Shown: piece after piece, positions 38,693 to 54,017 of the stretch
How positions within the stretch are numbered: the first letter of the stretch is position 1
Layout of the letters: each line of letters opens with the position of its first letter
NCBI GenBank assembly: GCA_012295275.1
Contig: CM022679.1
Location: 15,748,001-15,812,000 of the forward strand
DNA length: 64,000 bases
From: Chrysomallon squamiferum
Taxonomy: Eukaryota; Animalia; Mollusca
Direction of reading: 5' to 3'
Position numbers and translations under genes: made by a program
Notes under the pieces: generated by a model
Databases searched by the model: none
Told to the model about the DNA's origin: nothing
The model's input: only the letters and a program-made list of their open reading frames with translations

Positions 38693-41609
38693 TTGTATGT
38701 TCAATCAGAAGATCTTTGACAGATTTTAATAAATTTAAAGGTTTGAATTTTAATTGCTTAAAAAAAGACATTTTAAAAAACCTGTACTGGTTATAAAAAC
38801 ATAAAAGCATTTCAAAATTATTAGAAAATTTATGCTAAGTTCACTAAACATCGTGGTAGTGAATGAATTAATATCAGAGCCGCGGAGAATCTAGATTCAT
38901 ATTCCTCAATATTTAAAATAAAAATAATAATAATAATTAAAGCATTGAGACAAGAGACAGAAGCGAAATTAGGAGACTCATTCTAAAAAAAAATATTTAG
39001 AAACAGCTCCTAAATGTACCTCTTTGATTCATGGACACGTTATCTGAAATCTATTGAATTTAATAAATGAAGAACCATGCACACTAAAAAACAAATTTAG
39101 ACCAAAAAAAAGGAAAGAAAAAAACCCCAAAAATGGTTTCTGGTTTTTATAATTTTTTTAAACATTAATTTAAACTTCATTATCTTTCTTCTTTTTTTGT
39201 TCGTTTCTGTTTAAATACTCTTTAGGTAAAATCCTGTGTATATTACGATCAACTACTACAATTCAAATATATCACTGTCACAGCTGCATTGAATTATTAA
39301 ACAAATAGATTACGATGATATCAACTTTTGAATATATTTTGCATCATTCAAAATGTATACAAAACACACGACCTCTGAAATAAATTCGCTTACAAAGGAA
39401 AACAGATCTAGTTACGTATCACAAAGTGTTTGAAATCAAACTGAAAACCTTTTGAGAAAGGAATTAATAAACCACCTAAGTTAAAAAGAAAAACGAATAG
39501 CAAAAGAACCTCAAATAAGGATAAGTTGTGGAAAATGCACGAGATTCACCCTATAAAACCTATATCAGTTTTCAGTAAAGACGTTTTACAAAGAAAATCC
39601 ATGGTCCCCTCAGAACCAAAGTGCCACGCCTGACTCTCTCTATCTCTATGTCTCTATCTACTCTGACATAGATAGCCATCTTCAGAGTTTGCTGCACTAA
39701 ATGTGTTATTAAATAAATATTCAACACGGTGTATGTAAATTTTACATTTATCACAAAGGGTGTCAAAAAACACCTTGGGTGGCTTAAACAAAGAGAAGGG
39801 AGGTAAGTCTGAATTGAATTCCTCTTGAAATCCTCAATAAGCATACTACTTGGTCCGGTTCATGCTTTTAGTCTATTGACATGATCGGTTTTTATAAACA
39901 TAATTTTTGTGGCCATCGAAACTTAATGCCTTCTGTGTATAATTCAAATAAAATGGCACGGGTCTAATTAGTCTGAGATGACAGAGGACCTCTTTTGTAC
40001 CAGTAACTGGGAGGAGTTTGGGTTGGTACAGAAACAGTGAGTCACGAGATATAATTAGTGTGAATCTTTTCACAAGCCTGTAGCATTTTGGACCATCCAT
40101 TTTCTTAGACTATGTTTCTTGGAATTACAGTGAATTTGTGAAAACAACCGCGTGCACGTTACCTGTGGGAAGTCAAATACAGTCCACGAAACGTGATATC
40201 TTGTCCGGGTAGAATTTTGAGGGTGCTAGTTTTTGTGGCTACACCGCCTACAAGACAGGTGCTTAGAAACCGTGTTTGTTTATAGAGACAAAGTGTCTAA
40301 AAGTAACCGCGGTTCGCCTCGCTTTACATGTTGACTGTCTGTAGTTTGAATAGATTTCATTTACTCATCATTTAGCGTATGGCGCGTTCCGACAAGATTA
40401 AACATCACCGTCACACAATTATAAAATAAGAACTCTTCTGCCCAATGAGATCGGAAAGTTTTAATACAATGTGAACTTTTCTTTGTTGTGAGACTGAAAA
40501 GTTTGCGTACAAACGGAGCTCTTCTTTCGAGAAGAGAGAAACAGAGAGAGAAAAAAAGGGTCAAATCATCGACTGGTGCCAGTTACAGTGTTTTAGAAAG
40601 CGTGACAAATTATGAAAATGGCAACATCGATACAAAGCGGTATTAATTTGATCTATACGTGTGCTTTACTGACACCTCGTCTGTACGCAATGACACCGCT
40701 CACTGAAGCAATGTGTTACCTGAATTTTTTGTTTATTTTTCTCCCCTCTTTTTGTATGACAAACAGCTGTTGATAAATGCTTTTTTAATTCTCCTTCCCA
40801 CTTGGCGTAAGAAAACAACTTTCAAATTCAAAACTGAACTGAGTACTACTGTTTATCTGTTTATCTATTGCTTATAATAGATTATTCTTTGCTGATAAAA
40901 AAAATAAAATAAACTGTAACTAAATAAAGTTCTACAAATATAATGGATTAAAAAAAAATTATAACATTAAAAATTAACTATAAAAAAAACCCTGTAAAAC
41001 CCTGAAGTATAATACTATATATAACATTCAAAATAAACTTAAAAATAAACTTAAAAAAGCAAAAGATTAAAATTTTGAAAATACTGAATTTTTTTCCATA
41101 AATTATAAAAAGAGTAAAAAAAAAAGAAAAAAAAAACAACAAAAAAAAAAAAAGAAGAAAAGAAAAAGAAGTCATTATCATATTGATATTTATATTTTAA
41201 CAAATAAATTAACAGTACATTTTTTAAAACTGTATTAGAAAAGAAAATGTTAAATATTTAAATTTAGATAAATAAATAATGCATTAAAAATCTAACGACT
41301 ATGTCGCATAATTAAAAGAAAGTTTTTTTTATTTTTTTTTATTCAAAATTTGAACCATGAAAATTAATTAAAAGAAAAACATTTAAAAGAACTAAAATAT
41401 AAAAACTGAAATTCTTTGTTATAAAAAAAACGAAGAAATATTGGGACAAAAACAATAGATATATCAATTAGTTTTTTAATCCCACTCCCGATATATTACC
41501 ATTAATTATGTGCATAAATAAGAAATAAATAAATAATATCTAAGTACTTCATTAAATGGGATACGTATGTATGTATGTAGGAAGTATGGATCAATGGATA
41601 GATGGATGG

Positions 41610-41662
<53 letters not shown>

Positions 41663-42093
41663 CATATATGTATATATATAAGCATATATGTATGTATGTA
41701 TGTGTGTATGTATGTGCGCCTATGTGTCTAGGTGTTTATGCATATGATATAAACGGGTCTGTATATGCGCTTATTGGCATGCATGTATGTATATGTGTGC
41801 ATGACTCAGTAGCTGATTTTATGAATTGGTTTCTCGTAGTTATAAAAGTTATTTCATAGAACAGACAGCTTACGTAAACTTATTAGGAACCTTAATATTC
41901 TCTAAAAATCCTAAACCCAGACAGGTCAAGTTATCAAATATAACAATAAAAAACAACAACAACAACAACAACAACAACAATAATAATAAAACCGTAATGT
42001 CATACTAGATATATTGTGAGACTTATAGGAAATAAGATCTGTAATACCAATAGATGCACGCAGAGGTGCATGCACACATATTAATTATAACAG

Positions 42094-42124
<31 letters not shown>

Positions 42125-42642
42125 TAAATAGACAAAGACAGATAAGTACACATTTACTTCTTAAGAAAAGCAATTACGATGCTATTTATAATACGATTAG
42201 TTACATTACAAATTATATACATGTATACTGAAAAAATATGTAAATAAAAATCTAACAAAATATAGACAAAGGAAACTTAATGTTTCAAAATAAATAAATA
42301 AATAAATTAAATATTATATAAATAAATTTAACTTATAGTTAGTATAATACATTACGACTCACACTAAAGAGGTAACACATTATCACTAATTTAATATTGA
42401 TAATTTAAGCATATTCAAATGTGATTTTGTATGTTTTAATACTTTTCTTTCCTTCTTTCTTATTTATGTGTTTGTTCAAATGTATATACTTATGAATTTA
42501 CATACTGTGAAAGAAAAATGTATTTAAATAGTAAATCATTTTTTATATATATTTTGAAGACATTTTAATGCTTCAACCTGTTCATTGCAATTTGGAAGAT
42601 ATAAAGTGTAACGGTTACAACAATACATATTAAAAAAAAGGT

Positions 42643-42645
<3 letters not shown>

Positions 42646-42729
<84 letters not shown>
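42646..42729. repeat. (GA)n microsatellite
   Basis: Directly visible. Confidence 0.95.
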
Positions 42730-42735
<6 letters not shown>

Positions 42736-42911
42736 GTACATTGGTTAGTATAATTATAGGTTTTGTGAAACCATCAAAAAATTCACAATCGATCAAATAT
42801 AATTTATATGCTTGATTTTTAAAAGTATATATAAAAAAAAATAATAATAATAACAATAACAATAACAATAACAACAATAACAATAACAATAACAATAACA
42901 ATAACAATAAC

Positions 42912-42945
<34 letters not shown>

Positions 42946-43733
42946 TAACGAAATAAACCAAATTTAATATTTTGGATATATATTCATAACCACAAAAAAA
43001 CAAGATAGTTTATAATTTCAAAATAATGACTCACTAATATCAAATAAACAAACAATTTAGCTTATCCTTCCAGACAGTTAAGATAATAATCTCTTTAAGA
43101 ACGCTTGGTATGATTACCACAAGCGAGCGGAGCAAGCAAATAAAACAGTTGCAAAAAGTAAGATTACCAGTTAGCAATATTCCACGACTAGTCCTCGGTC
43201 CTTCGTTAAACACGCGACCTGGAAAACATAAATAATAATAATAATAATAATAAAAAATAAACAAATACTCAAAAAAATAAATTAAATTAAATTAAATTAA
43301 GACATCCTTGACCTGAATACTCTTCAGGTGGGTTTCATTCTTTTTATTTATTATTATTTTTTATATATATATATATTTTTTTTTTTCAAACTAAAGAAGA
43401 AATTAAAGAGATAAACGGGTTGCTAGTGAGAATCGGTAGCGTGTGGTGACGAGTGTCTGGCCGAGTTGTTGTATAACGACTCGACGACAAAACCTGTTAA
43501 GAGTATGGAACACTGTTGACTTGATTTGCATCATGCAACAGTTACTTGAAAAGTTATGGAGAGCTTTCTCGGGTCAAAAGTTGTTATTCTTCAACACGGA
43601 TTAGCTCCTCGTGACATGTTTACGTACAGCCCATTAAGTCCTTAACTAGCTGGCCGAAAATAAGTACATTAATAAAAAATCTCTCTCTCTTTCTTTCTTT
43701 CACTCTATCTATATACCTGTCGATTGACATGTT

Positions 43734-43739
<6 letters not shown>

Positions 43740-43822
<83 letters not shown>
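43740..43822. repeat. (CT)n microsatellite
   Basis: Directly visible. Confidence 0.95.
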
Positions 43823-43826
<4 letters not shown>

Positions 43827-44899
43827 AAAAAGTCAGCATATAATTTTTTGCCGTTATTCAGTTACCCGTTATTTTAAGGCGTTAATAATTATCTAACATT
43901 TTGATTCCTTTAATTTAGTTTCGACAATACATATTTCGTGTATTTCTCTCTCCTTAGCTATTGAACTGTTATTTTAATTAAAAAATGGGAAATACATTCT
44001 ATTTCATTGCATCATGGTTTGATGAAAATAGTTAATAAAAGTCAAGCACAAACTTAATTTTTCAGGAATAGTCAGGCTAAATGCAAGATTTACAAAGATG
44101 ACAATAAATAGCAATTGTTTAACGAGTAAAACATATAACTTTAGAGTTAATAATAATCCAAGGAAAATTTGTTTTCACGAAGGTATCGTCAGATTCGCCT
44201 ATTAAAGGAACATGCCAATTGTAAATAACCAAATCAAAAATTAAACCAAAACGAATATTACGAAAATAAAATAAAAGCCAGTGACGTTATAATTATATAC
44301 CAGTCTACTTGTTAGTGGAACATTTGTATCTAATATCGTTGAATATAAATAGTTGCTTTGCCGTTTGGTTGGAGTATTTCTATAGATTGTGAATAAAGTG
44401 ATACGCAAATTCAAAATTAACGTAATAAAAAATAAATAAATAAGAATGGTTATTTTTTGTTCTAAATAGTTCCACAGATGTTTTATAAACTAGAGATAAA
44501 ATCAGGAACCCGGTACATCTGTAATCAATGTTTGAGTTTTTTACTTTAATCATGGAATTTTGAATATGTTTCAGTTCATTTATATTTCATCGCAAATTAT
44601 TCTTATTTCACTCGTTCTGCCAATATTAATGCTACATGTTGAATTCATGATTTAAGAATGTTACACTCAGTTTCAATAGTTTATGTTTATATATGATTTT
44701 TCTTTTTCCATTGGGATTTACGGTTATAACGCTTTGTTGATGCTAATTTGAAATAAAGCTGATTTTGTCTGTTATAACATTCAGCTAACATAGCAGGCCC
44801 TTGTGGAACTTCGTACACAGATATTGCTTTCAGTTATTGTTAAAACTAAAACAAAATATTTTTATGATACATAAAACAGTTATATGAAAAGCAATTATA

Positions 44900-45745
44900 A
44901 TCACCTGGCAAAACAGGTTAATATAAAATCATGTATCTCGTCAACCTCTTTTACGAAATCAGGTTCAGGAATACAGAAAAACAACAACAGCAATACAGCA
45001 TTAAGGGGCCATTTAACTACGTGTCACGAGCAAAAACCAAATATTAATACATGCTGTATTGGCGCCAGAGGCTGAACTCTGTGTGTGGGTATCGTATTTC
45101 GGCCAGGCGAACACCAACGAAAACACAATACAAACTGGCAGGCAAATATCGTCTGTTTACTGTAACCATTCGTGTATGGGCCGCCTGCACCTTGCACAGT
45201 AACTAAATGTGCCATACGAGGGTTTTAACGAGGTAATCCGACAAAGAGTGACTCAATTCACTCAGCAGGAACCGACTTGACGCTTGGGCGCCAGATACCA
45301 GGAAAGTCCGAACGGAGGTTGCTCAACGCCGCGGCCATACCGAAAAGATTTGCAGAGCCCGCCCAACTCCCAGCGCGTGACGTTTTTGCACGAGCGACTC
45401 CGACTGCCAGCACCAACAACTAATAAGTGCAAATTTACAGTTAAAAGATCGCTAAACAATGCTAAGTTGGACAATGAGAAAAGCATATTGACTTTAGGAT
45501 TGTTCTGCGACTTGTAAGGTTCCGTTCGATCTCAGCTTAGTGGCATTTCCAGCGACATGGGGCTTTGTGAGGCAATGTTAACTAAGTAGAAGGAGTTAAC
45601 GCCGCCGAATTGACATGCACGGGCAAAGTTTTGTTTATTTCTTCACAAAACACCTGTTTCGGGCCGACATCTAGAAATCGCGAGCACACGAGAAAAAAGT
45701 AGTTAGTTCGTTTCAGCCATTCGAGATTGCAGAGGTAACTGGGTT
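44900..45745. promoter_or_regulatory. CpG-rich non-coding island (candidate distal enhancer or promoter)
   Basis: One of the most GC-rich non-coding blocks in the window; contains TAATCC at about 45234; its ORFs show no recognisable homology. Confidence 0.4.
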
Positions 45746-45898
45746 CATTTCAAAAAAAAAAAAAAAAGTAATAATAATAATAATTTTTAAAATAATATTT
45801 TTATTTTATTAAAGAAACAGACCTTTACAGTAACTGGTTTTCTTATTCTGTTTGAAATCTGTTTATTCGTAGATTTATATAAATAAAATTATTTTAAA

Positions 45899-45901
<3 letters not shown>

Positions 45902-45969
<68 letters not shown>
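45902..45969. repeat. (CT)n microsatellite
   Basis: Directly visible. Confidence 0.95.
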
Positions 45970-45973
<4 letters not shown>

Positions 45974-48900
45974 GCAACCACATGTAAGAATAAACATAGA
46001 AAGACATACACTCACAAAACACAGAGCATAACAATGCATGTTAAACTATTGAATAAGTGCGAACAAGAGTATTGTGAATAATTGGTTGTAATTTAGCTTA
46101 AGTACTCGGATTAGAAACAAGGTTACAAAGACAAGCCAATCCTTTTCCTCTCCAATGTTTGACGTTTCAACCAGAGAATCGGGAATATTTTATCAAAGAT
46201 TGTTACAAGAAACTGTTATTTCCCTTAAAAAGAAATAAAATTTGAATTAATAAGAACATAGAAATAAAACAGTGTAACTTATCAGTCTGAGTTTACTTTG
46301 TTTAAAACTAACAAATCCTATGTAATAAGATATATATATATATATGCGCTACAGGTTCAACGTTTGAGATTATAAAGTGGTTTAAAATACAAAATTAAAG
46401 AAAAAAAACAAAGACAAACTCGCTCTTGTTTAGTTCTAAAACTAATATTATAACTACATCAAGTTAAAAATTCAGTTGCTTGAATTTTATATCTAAGACA
46501 TATTAATATTGATTTCATTTTAAAAGCATTTTGCAAATGATAATTGATTTAAAACATCTGGGGAACAACGAACCTTATCGCTTTTTTACACACCCCATTT
46601 TCAGATAATTTAGAAGGTTGGTACCACCTGAATTGAATGCTCCCCTGATTCGAGAAGTAAGATGAATTATGATAAGCATTTATACTTTTTAAGATGTTTA
46701 CGTATTTTCTCATAGTGGCCCTAAGAGGCACTACCGCCCACACAGAATCACTTGAGTAAAATATAAGTAAAAGTTTAGAGACGGGCTGAGCGCTGGCCTG
46801 AGACAGGTCATTAAGCATTCATTCAGGTGAAATCTCCTAGCTGTGAATTATGATGATGAATATCCGATGAAGTCAGCAACGATAAAACATCATTAAGTTA
46901 CCCACCTGTTCTTGTTTTACTCTTCAGTTTACTGACACGAGGGTTGCCAATACAGATTATAGCATTATGTTCTTCACGTCTCTCTCAAGCTGGCGACAGA
47001 TTTGGTCTTAGATACCCACAGCTTGTTGTTTTATAAGGATATCAGCATACAGGATTAGCTATTGGAAAGTGAATGACAAACATATTTTAACAGGGAACTG
47101 CATATCTTGATGGCCACTTTAATATTTTCCGAATAGCCAGATTTCAAAGTTGAGGCTTGGTGTCTCCTAGCATTTCTAAGCGATTCATCATTGTCTGATC
47201 TCTGAAGACATCATTTTGAGAGGATTAAGATGTGTTTAAGTGAAGGATTATACCATTAATCTTGACCTTTTGTATTAGACACTTGAGATCATATGTAAAC
47301 CTTTATAATCAATTAATTGTTCCAGCTAACTTAGGGTGACAAAACTAAATCATGACAAATTATATAGTTTTTAAAGCTGAAATCAACAAAAGGTTGACGA
47401 TTTTGTGTCCCACTTTATATAAATGCTATCCTTTGTCAGTATACTTATTTTTGTAAGTCGTATTCACATTCAGTGATATATACATATATATATATATTGA
47501 AGTTTTTTATTTCATTTTTATTAATTCAAAATTTTCTTATTATTTTTTTCTTCTTCTTCTTCTTCTTATTATTATTATTATCGTCTCTCTGAAATAACCA
47601 CTCTTTGCTAAACACTTAAATGTTTGTATTTTAAGTCCTTATCATACATAATCCAAATAGATAACTGACAGCGTTTTGACAAAACCTGTTTACTGGTGTG
47701 TACATTTTAGGGATTAATATTTCAAATCCTGAAGCAGCTGTAGAGGGACTAAAAACAAATCTGTTGAAGTCTCTAACTTTCGCTTTGGACTGGTCTAAAC
47801 AATCCACTTGAAAATGACGCCACTCTTTCAGCTATGAAACGTCTGGTCGGCCGACATCAAAGCGGTTTACGAGCGGATCAATCACAGATCACCATACGAA
47901 ACCACACTTAATCCACACTCACAGTCTGTGACCTCAGTTTACTGGTAAAGATGACGCAACAGACACGCGTTCGAATCCCGTTTTCTATGTCAAGGAAAAA
48001 TTGACATGGAAATCGTCATTGATGAGAAGACATTTCTTAAGTAACATAAATTTTTCGTGAATTGATTTTGTTTATTAAATTTTGTATGTCACAGTATCTT
48101 ATATCTCATATCTCATATGACTGAGGATACCTTATCCGAAGTTCGAAAATCTGAAGAGTTAAAAAATGTAAAACTTTTCCAAGCGGCAAAAATATTGATA
48201 TCTTACAGTTTTTCTATTTTTTCCATTCACAAACTATTTTTGTGCACAAAAGTATATATATATATATATACTTTATATTGCTTAAACAAATATTCTGCTT
48301 TATATTATATATATATATATATTATCAAAAGAAGTATTCATTTTTTAAAAGGTAAAGTGATTTATTGCTCATCCCTGTACATGTTGATCCTGTATATCAG
48401 AAGAAAAGAAGGGTTTTGTTATTTCAAGACGAAATGGATTTAATTATAAAGAAAAATAAATTGATTAGGGGAGGAAGGAACAAAAGAAACGAAAAAAAAA
48501 AAAAAAAGATAATAAAAGGAGAAAAAAAAAATCTCAGCTGTACCCTTTAAGTGTTTATCTCATTTCCCTTTCGCTTGTGAACTTTGACATCCTAATTTCA
48601 GATTCTCCGTCTGCCTTTGTAAATTCCGTCAGTGAGAACTGGTATCCAGTTACGTGCGCATCCTTACGTAAATACGCGGATTAGACAAAAATACTCTATA
48701 TGCATTAACCTAAGCCTTTTGGTGCAGGCCATTTCTCTTTGGTGAGTGTTTGCCAAGCTGATTTTGTCATATTAATTTGTGGTTAACTGTGATTTTATAA
48801 CTAGACCGCAGCCAAGATTAAGTGTAATGGTAGAACCTTCAGAATGCACGCGCACGGCCCTCGACGAAATGAAATAAATATTAATTTTATTTTCTATCAA

Positions 48901-48999
48901 GACTTCGCTCAGCTACCATTATAAAAACCACACTATATCCGCTACGTATACTGTAGACAGTCACAGCAAATGAATAATGATAATAGTAAAGCAGACTTT

Positions 49000-49529
49000 G
49001 TAGTAGTAAGTGTTTTAGTAGTAGTAGTAGTAGTAGTAGTAATAGTAGTAATAGTACTAACAGCAGTAGTAGTTCAGCAGTACTGGTAGTTGTAGAAGTA
49101 GCGGTAATAGTAGTAGTTGTAGTAGCAGTAGTAGTAATTAGTAATAGTAGTAGTACAGTAATGCTGGAAGCAGTAGAAGTAGTAATAATAAAAGTAATAG
49201 TACTGGTAGTTGTAATAGTAATAGTAATAATACTAGGTGTGGTGTTGGTATTGGTAGTAGATCAGCATTTGTAACAGTAGTTATAGCAGTGGTAGTAGCA
49301 GTGGCAGTAATGTTAGTAGTTACAGCAGGGGTGGTAATAATAGTAATAGTGACTGTAGTAGTAATAGCAATAGCAACAATAGTAGTAGGCTGTTGTGATA
49401 GTCAAAATGAGTGAGATGAGCAGCTTAACAAGTAGGTAATATGAATAGTTATTCTAGCTATATTAATGGTTGTTGTCGTTGTTGTAATAACAATAGCATT
49501 AGTGGCAGCCTAGAAACAGCAATAGCAGC

Positions 49530-49566
<37 letters not shown>

Positions 49567-49760
49567 ATAGCAGTAATAATAGTGACAGAATCGTTAACAG
49601 AAATAATAAGAATAGTAATAGTAGCATAAAAAAGGTTAAAACGAAAGAAACAAAGCAACAACAGTACTAGCAGTATAGTGGTAATAGCAGCTACAGTAGT
49701 AGTAGTAGCAATTTATGTTATTGTTTCTGTTGTCCGAGATGTAATGTTAGTAGCAGTTGT
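49000..49760. repeat. Long degenerate (AGT/AGC/AAT)n trinucleotide region
   Basis: Period-3 GTA/GCA/ATA pattern with many substitutions over about 750 bp. Confidence 0.85.
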
Positions 49761-51315
49761 ATTTAATTAGACTACAAGTAAACAGAAAAAAAAGTAATAA
49801 TAATTATAAAAGAAATGGTATCCTATTTGATTTTTCCTTTTATTATTTTTATTCTGCTAAATAATAGCGTGGTTCTTTCCCAGAGAGAAAGAGATGTAAA
49901 AACCGACTAAAAACAGTCATTGAAAACCCGACGAAAAGAATTAAAAACCATAGATCCGGAAACATTTTAAAATTTCTCAGTCAATACTGTTAATGTAATT
50001 ATTATTATATATAACGTGTATAATGAAGTATATTATAGATTTTAAATGTCAGAGGCATTTGTATGATCATTAAACGATACTTTGTTTTTTTGGATATTGT
50101 TTCTTGTTGTTTGTATTTTGTTGTTATTTTGTCTTTTTTGTTTTGTAATTTTGTTTTTCTTTTTTTTTTGTATTTTTTGTTTATAGTTCTTTTTCTTTGT
50201 ATTTCTTTTTTATTTCTTTGATTTTTTTTTCTTTCTTTCTTTTTTTTATGTTTTTTTTCTGTTGTCATTTTTTTTTTTTTTTTTTTTTTTTTTGTTTAGT
50301 TGCTAGTAAATAGCTTATATTTCTTGGTTGTTGGATTTGTTCGTTATTTTCTGGACTTTTCCAGAAGTATTTACTTGCTTATTTATTTACTTACTTACTT
50401 ACTTACTTAATCACTTTCTTTCTTAATTAATTATGTATTTATAAATTTGTTATTGTTACTGTTATTTGTGCTGTTGATGTTGATACTGATGAAGTTATTA
50501 GGAGGCGATTTGTAAAAAAAATAAACTGTCCTTTAGAACTACAATTAACATTGTAAACTCAGTAACATCAAACATATGTATAAAGCAGTTGAAAATAAAT
50601 ATGAAATAATACTATTTTTTTATTTTTTTTTTTTTTTTTTTTTTTTTCAGGTTTAAGTTTTTAACAAAGCTTTGCTCCGAAAAGTGTCCTTTTTTTTTGT
50701 TCTAACCGCCTTCATTTCTACACCACGGTTTCCGGACATTTAATAACGGACATATTACGTTATGCTGGAACGTTGTTAAATATTTATTTGTTCATTGTTT
50801 GAACAGTGTCGGTTATGAGAAGACATATATCCAGAAACGGACAGAATATTAAAATGTTCTCTTTCCGCCGAGATAATAAGACATTTTCAGAAATGTAAAT
50901 CCAGCATCCAATTTATAATGAGACTCAGTATGATAAATAAACCACTTATGCTGGAATTCGTTTTTTTAATTTTTTTTTTTTTTTTTTTTTTTTTTTTGGG
51001 TGGGGTGTGTGATTTGTATTTAAACAGGATATTAAAGTTGGCATGTAACACAAATTATGTGTTACTTTTAGTTTAAATATTTTGTTTGTTTTTGATTCAT
51101 TAATTTAGTTATTTGGTTGCTTGTTTGCTTGGTTAGTTTATTAGTTAGACTACTGTTTCCTTATTAATTTATCTATTGCATCTTTTTCATATATTATTAA
51201 TTTATTATACCTCCAAAAATCGTTATACATTATTTTGTATTAGTCATTAATTAATAAATAAAGAATTAAATAAATAAATAAATAAACTGAGTAACTCGAA
51301 ACCACACACAAAAAA

Positions 51316-51358
<43 letters not shown>

Positions 51359-52331
51359 AATTAAAAATTAGAAAATACCACTTAGAAATTAACAAAGGGT
51401 TCCAGAAAAAGATAAATTATCCTCATTTTTTATAACTCGTGAACTGTGTAACATTTGTGAGTAAAAACGTCTCAAAATAAATATTTACGAAAGATAATAA
51501 TTATTGTATTTGATTTTTTTTTTCTGAACGTTCTTCACTCTGCCATTGTCTGTTTCTAATCTTTTTAATCCTATAAATATTCCATGAATAAATGTTTAAC
51601 TTAAAACGACTGTTATGTATTAAAAGGGTAGTTTCGTATTTCTCGCTGACACTCTGTTGAAATGTAAAGTTTTTAATTATCGTTATACAGTAAACGAAAT
51701 GCAGAACATATATTTGTTGTTTGATTTTCCTAAATGTTTAGTTCAGTCAGTTGTTATTACTTTCGTCTCCATCATCAGTTCATTTATTCATTCATTCATT
51801 TATTCGTTCGTTCATTTATTTATAATGTATTTATTTATTTTCATAGTTTGTTGTTTAATACAATTATTTATTATCATCATCATTATCATTTACAACGATT
51901 TTAATACGTGTTCTATAATATGAACAAGCACATTTTGTATTTAATTAATAAAGCTAAAAATAATACGAGTTTACAAATAACGCGAAGCTAGTTTCTGCTT
52001 TGTAGCAAATTAACAGCCATGTGATGCAAAATTATTCATAATGAACGTGGCAAATAAAAGTTGATTTATAGCTATTTTGGTGTTGTTAAATATGTTAATC
52101 TACTCATTCGTTAATATTAATATGATGGGTTTTTTTTTTTATTATTATTGTTTTAGATATAAAAATTATTGTTTGGTTTATTAATTAATTAATAATTTAT
52201 TAGTGATATGAATTTGCAGAGTACTAGTTATGAACTAATTGTTTTAGGAATTTATTTAAAAGAAAAAAAAAAAAATTTAGTCAGTTTTTGCCGGTATCAA
52301 AAGTTAAAGTTAAAAGTTAAACCAATATATA

Positions 52332-52362
<31 letters not shown>

Positions 52363-53965
52363 ATATTTGCATTTACCTATTCAAATAATATTAAACGAAA
52401 ACTACTCACGTATTTTTTCTTCTTTTCTAGATTTTTCAGAGTTTACAGCGAGGATATTTTTTATCATTTGAGCAGACGCTGGAAAGACGAACCAACAGCA
52501 TATTCTAATATTTACATGATCCCACTCTTTTACCTGATATCAGCGCAGGCGTCATTGTTTAAACAACTCAACATACACGCCTCTTCATTTTTAGTGATAA
52601 TGTTTTAATACAGTTTTCATATTTAGACAAGGGTCAGCATTAATCAAACAATGTTTTTTTTTTTTTTTTTTTTTGGACGACATATTTTTTGCCCCTTAAG
52701 GAATGCATAAAATCAGCAAGGTCAAATAGCAAGAACGACGGTAAAATGTACGTGGGTGACTTTTATTTTTTGTTACTATTGTTTTGCCGGAAGACAATAT
52801 GTAAAGTTACTTTAGTGTCAGATTCACCTGAGATGAAGTTGACACACGGTGTGTCGAGAAGATAGAGACATCGTTTACCTGTTGACAAACTCGTCAAGAA
52901 AAGAGTTTAGTCTCGATACAGGACTTTTCGCCGTCAATGCCTAGTCAGATTTCTAAGTCACATGGAATGTTTTGCTAGCGTTAATCTGCTTACCAAATTC
53001 TGAAAGGTCTAAATCACATTATTGTACTTGTGTGGGTTTAGTTTGTTAACCAGTTCAACACAGCAAGACACTGTACATAAACAGAACACTCGCCACCAAC
53101 AGTCACCGTTTGATCCCCTAATATTGACCCGCCGTTCTCCGGTGCGCTTTGTGGCCGGAGGAATTTCGAAGCAAAGAAATAGTAGATGAAGCAATAACAT
53201 CTATTCTTTTCTTTATTTAAATAAATCCATGTTATATGACAAGCGTGATTTCTGACGTCTGCCTAAGGTTTACTTAACTGCCTCTAATCTGTATTATTTT
53301 AGTAACTCTTCGAGGTTTTTTCTTTTTGTCTCGGTATATATGCCGTTTAACAAACTGACCAGCGATAGGCAAGATTCAAAATTTAAACGAAATAGTTGTT
53401 GAAAATAATTCAGAAGGCCAAAGTCAGAATTATATAAGGTGTTACATTAAGTTAGTCAAATGTAATAATCAGATTGAAACTGTACTATACTAAATACATG
53501 GTAACAGACAAGTATCAATAATAGCAGCAGTTATGTTAATGGTGAGAATTGTATTGAAATGGCAATAGTGGAATTAGTAGTAGTTGTATTAGTGTTTTTT
53601 GCAGTTGTTATAGTATTTTAATTTCAATAAATGAAATATAACAAACCTCTCTGTATTGCCGTTAGGGTCAAGATTTCATCTTCTTAATTTTTTGTTTTAT
53701 TATTTTTTTTAATTTTTGTTCTTCCTTTATTTTTGTGCTTGAAAGAACGCGACATAATTTGTTCATTTTAATGTCGCTTTTATTTTATTTTTTATTTTTT
53801 TTTGTGTGGTGAATACGAGGCTATAATCGGGAGTATTACCGTGTTTATGTTGTGTAGAACGTTTCCATCAAAGATGATAAATAACCGAAGAAACATACTG
53901 TTAAAATATTTATTCATTTATCTATCATCTTTTAAATACTTTTTATTATTATTTATGTTTTTTTA

Positions 53966-54017
<52 letters not shown>

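Noticed and set aside
45001-45035. TTAAGGGGCCATTTAACTACGT, resembling a PIF/Harbinger MITE terminus
   Set aside because: No matching inverted end was found nearby.
45298-45312. GGAAAGTCC, resembling the bacterial RNase P RNA motif
   Set aside because: No partner P4 strand was found and the context is wrong; a chance 9-mer.
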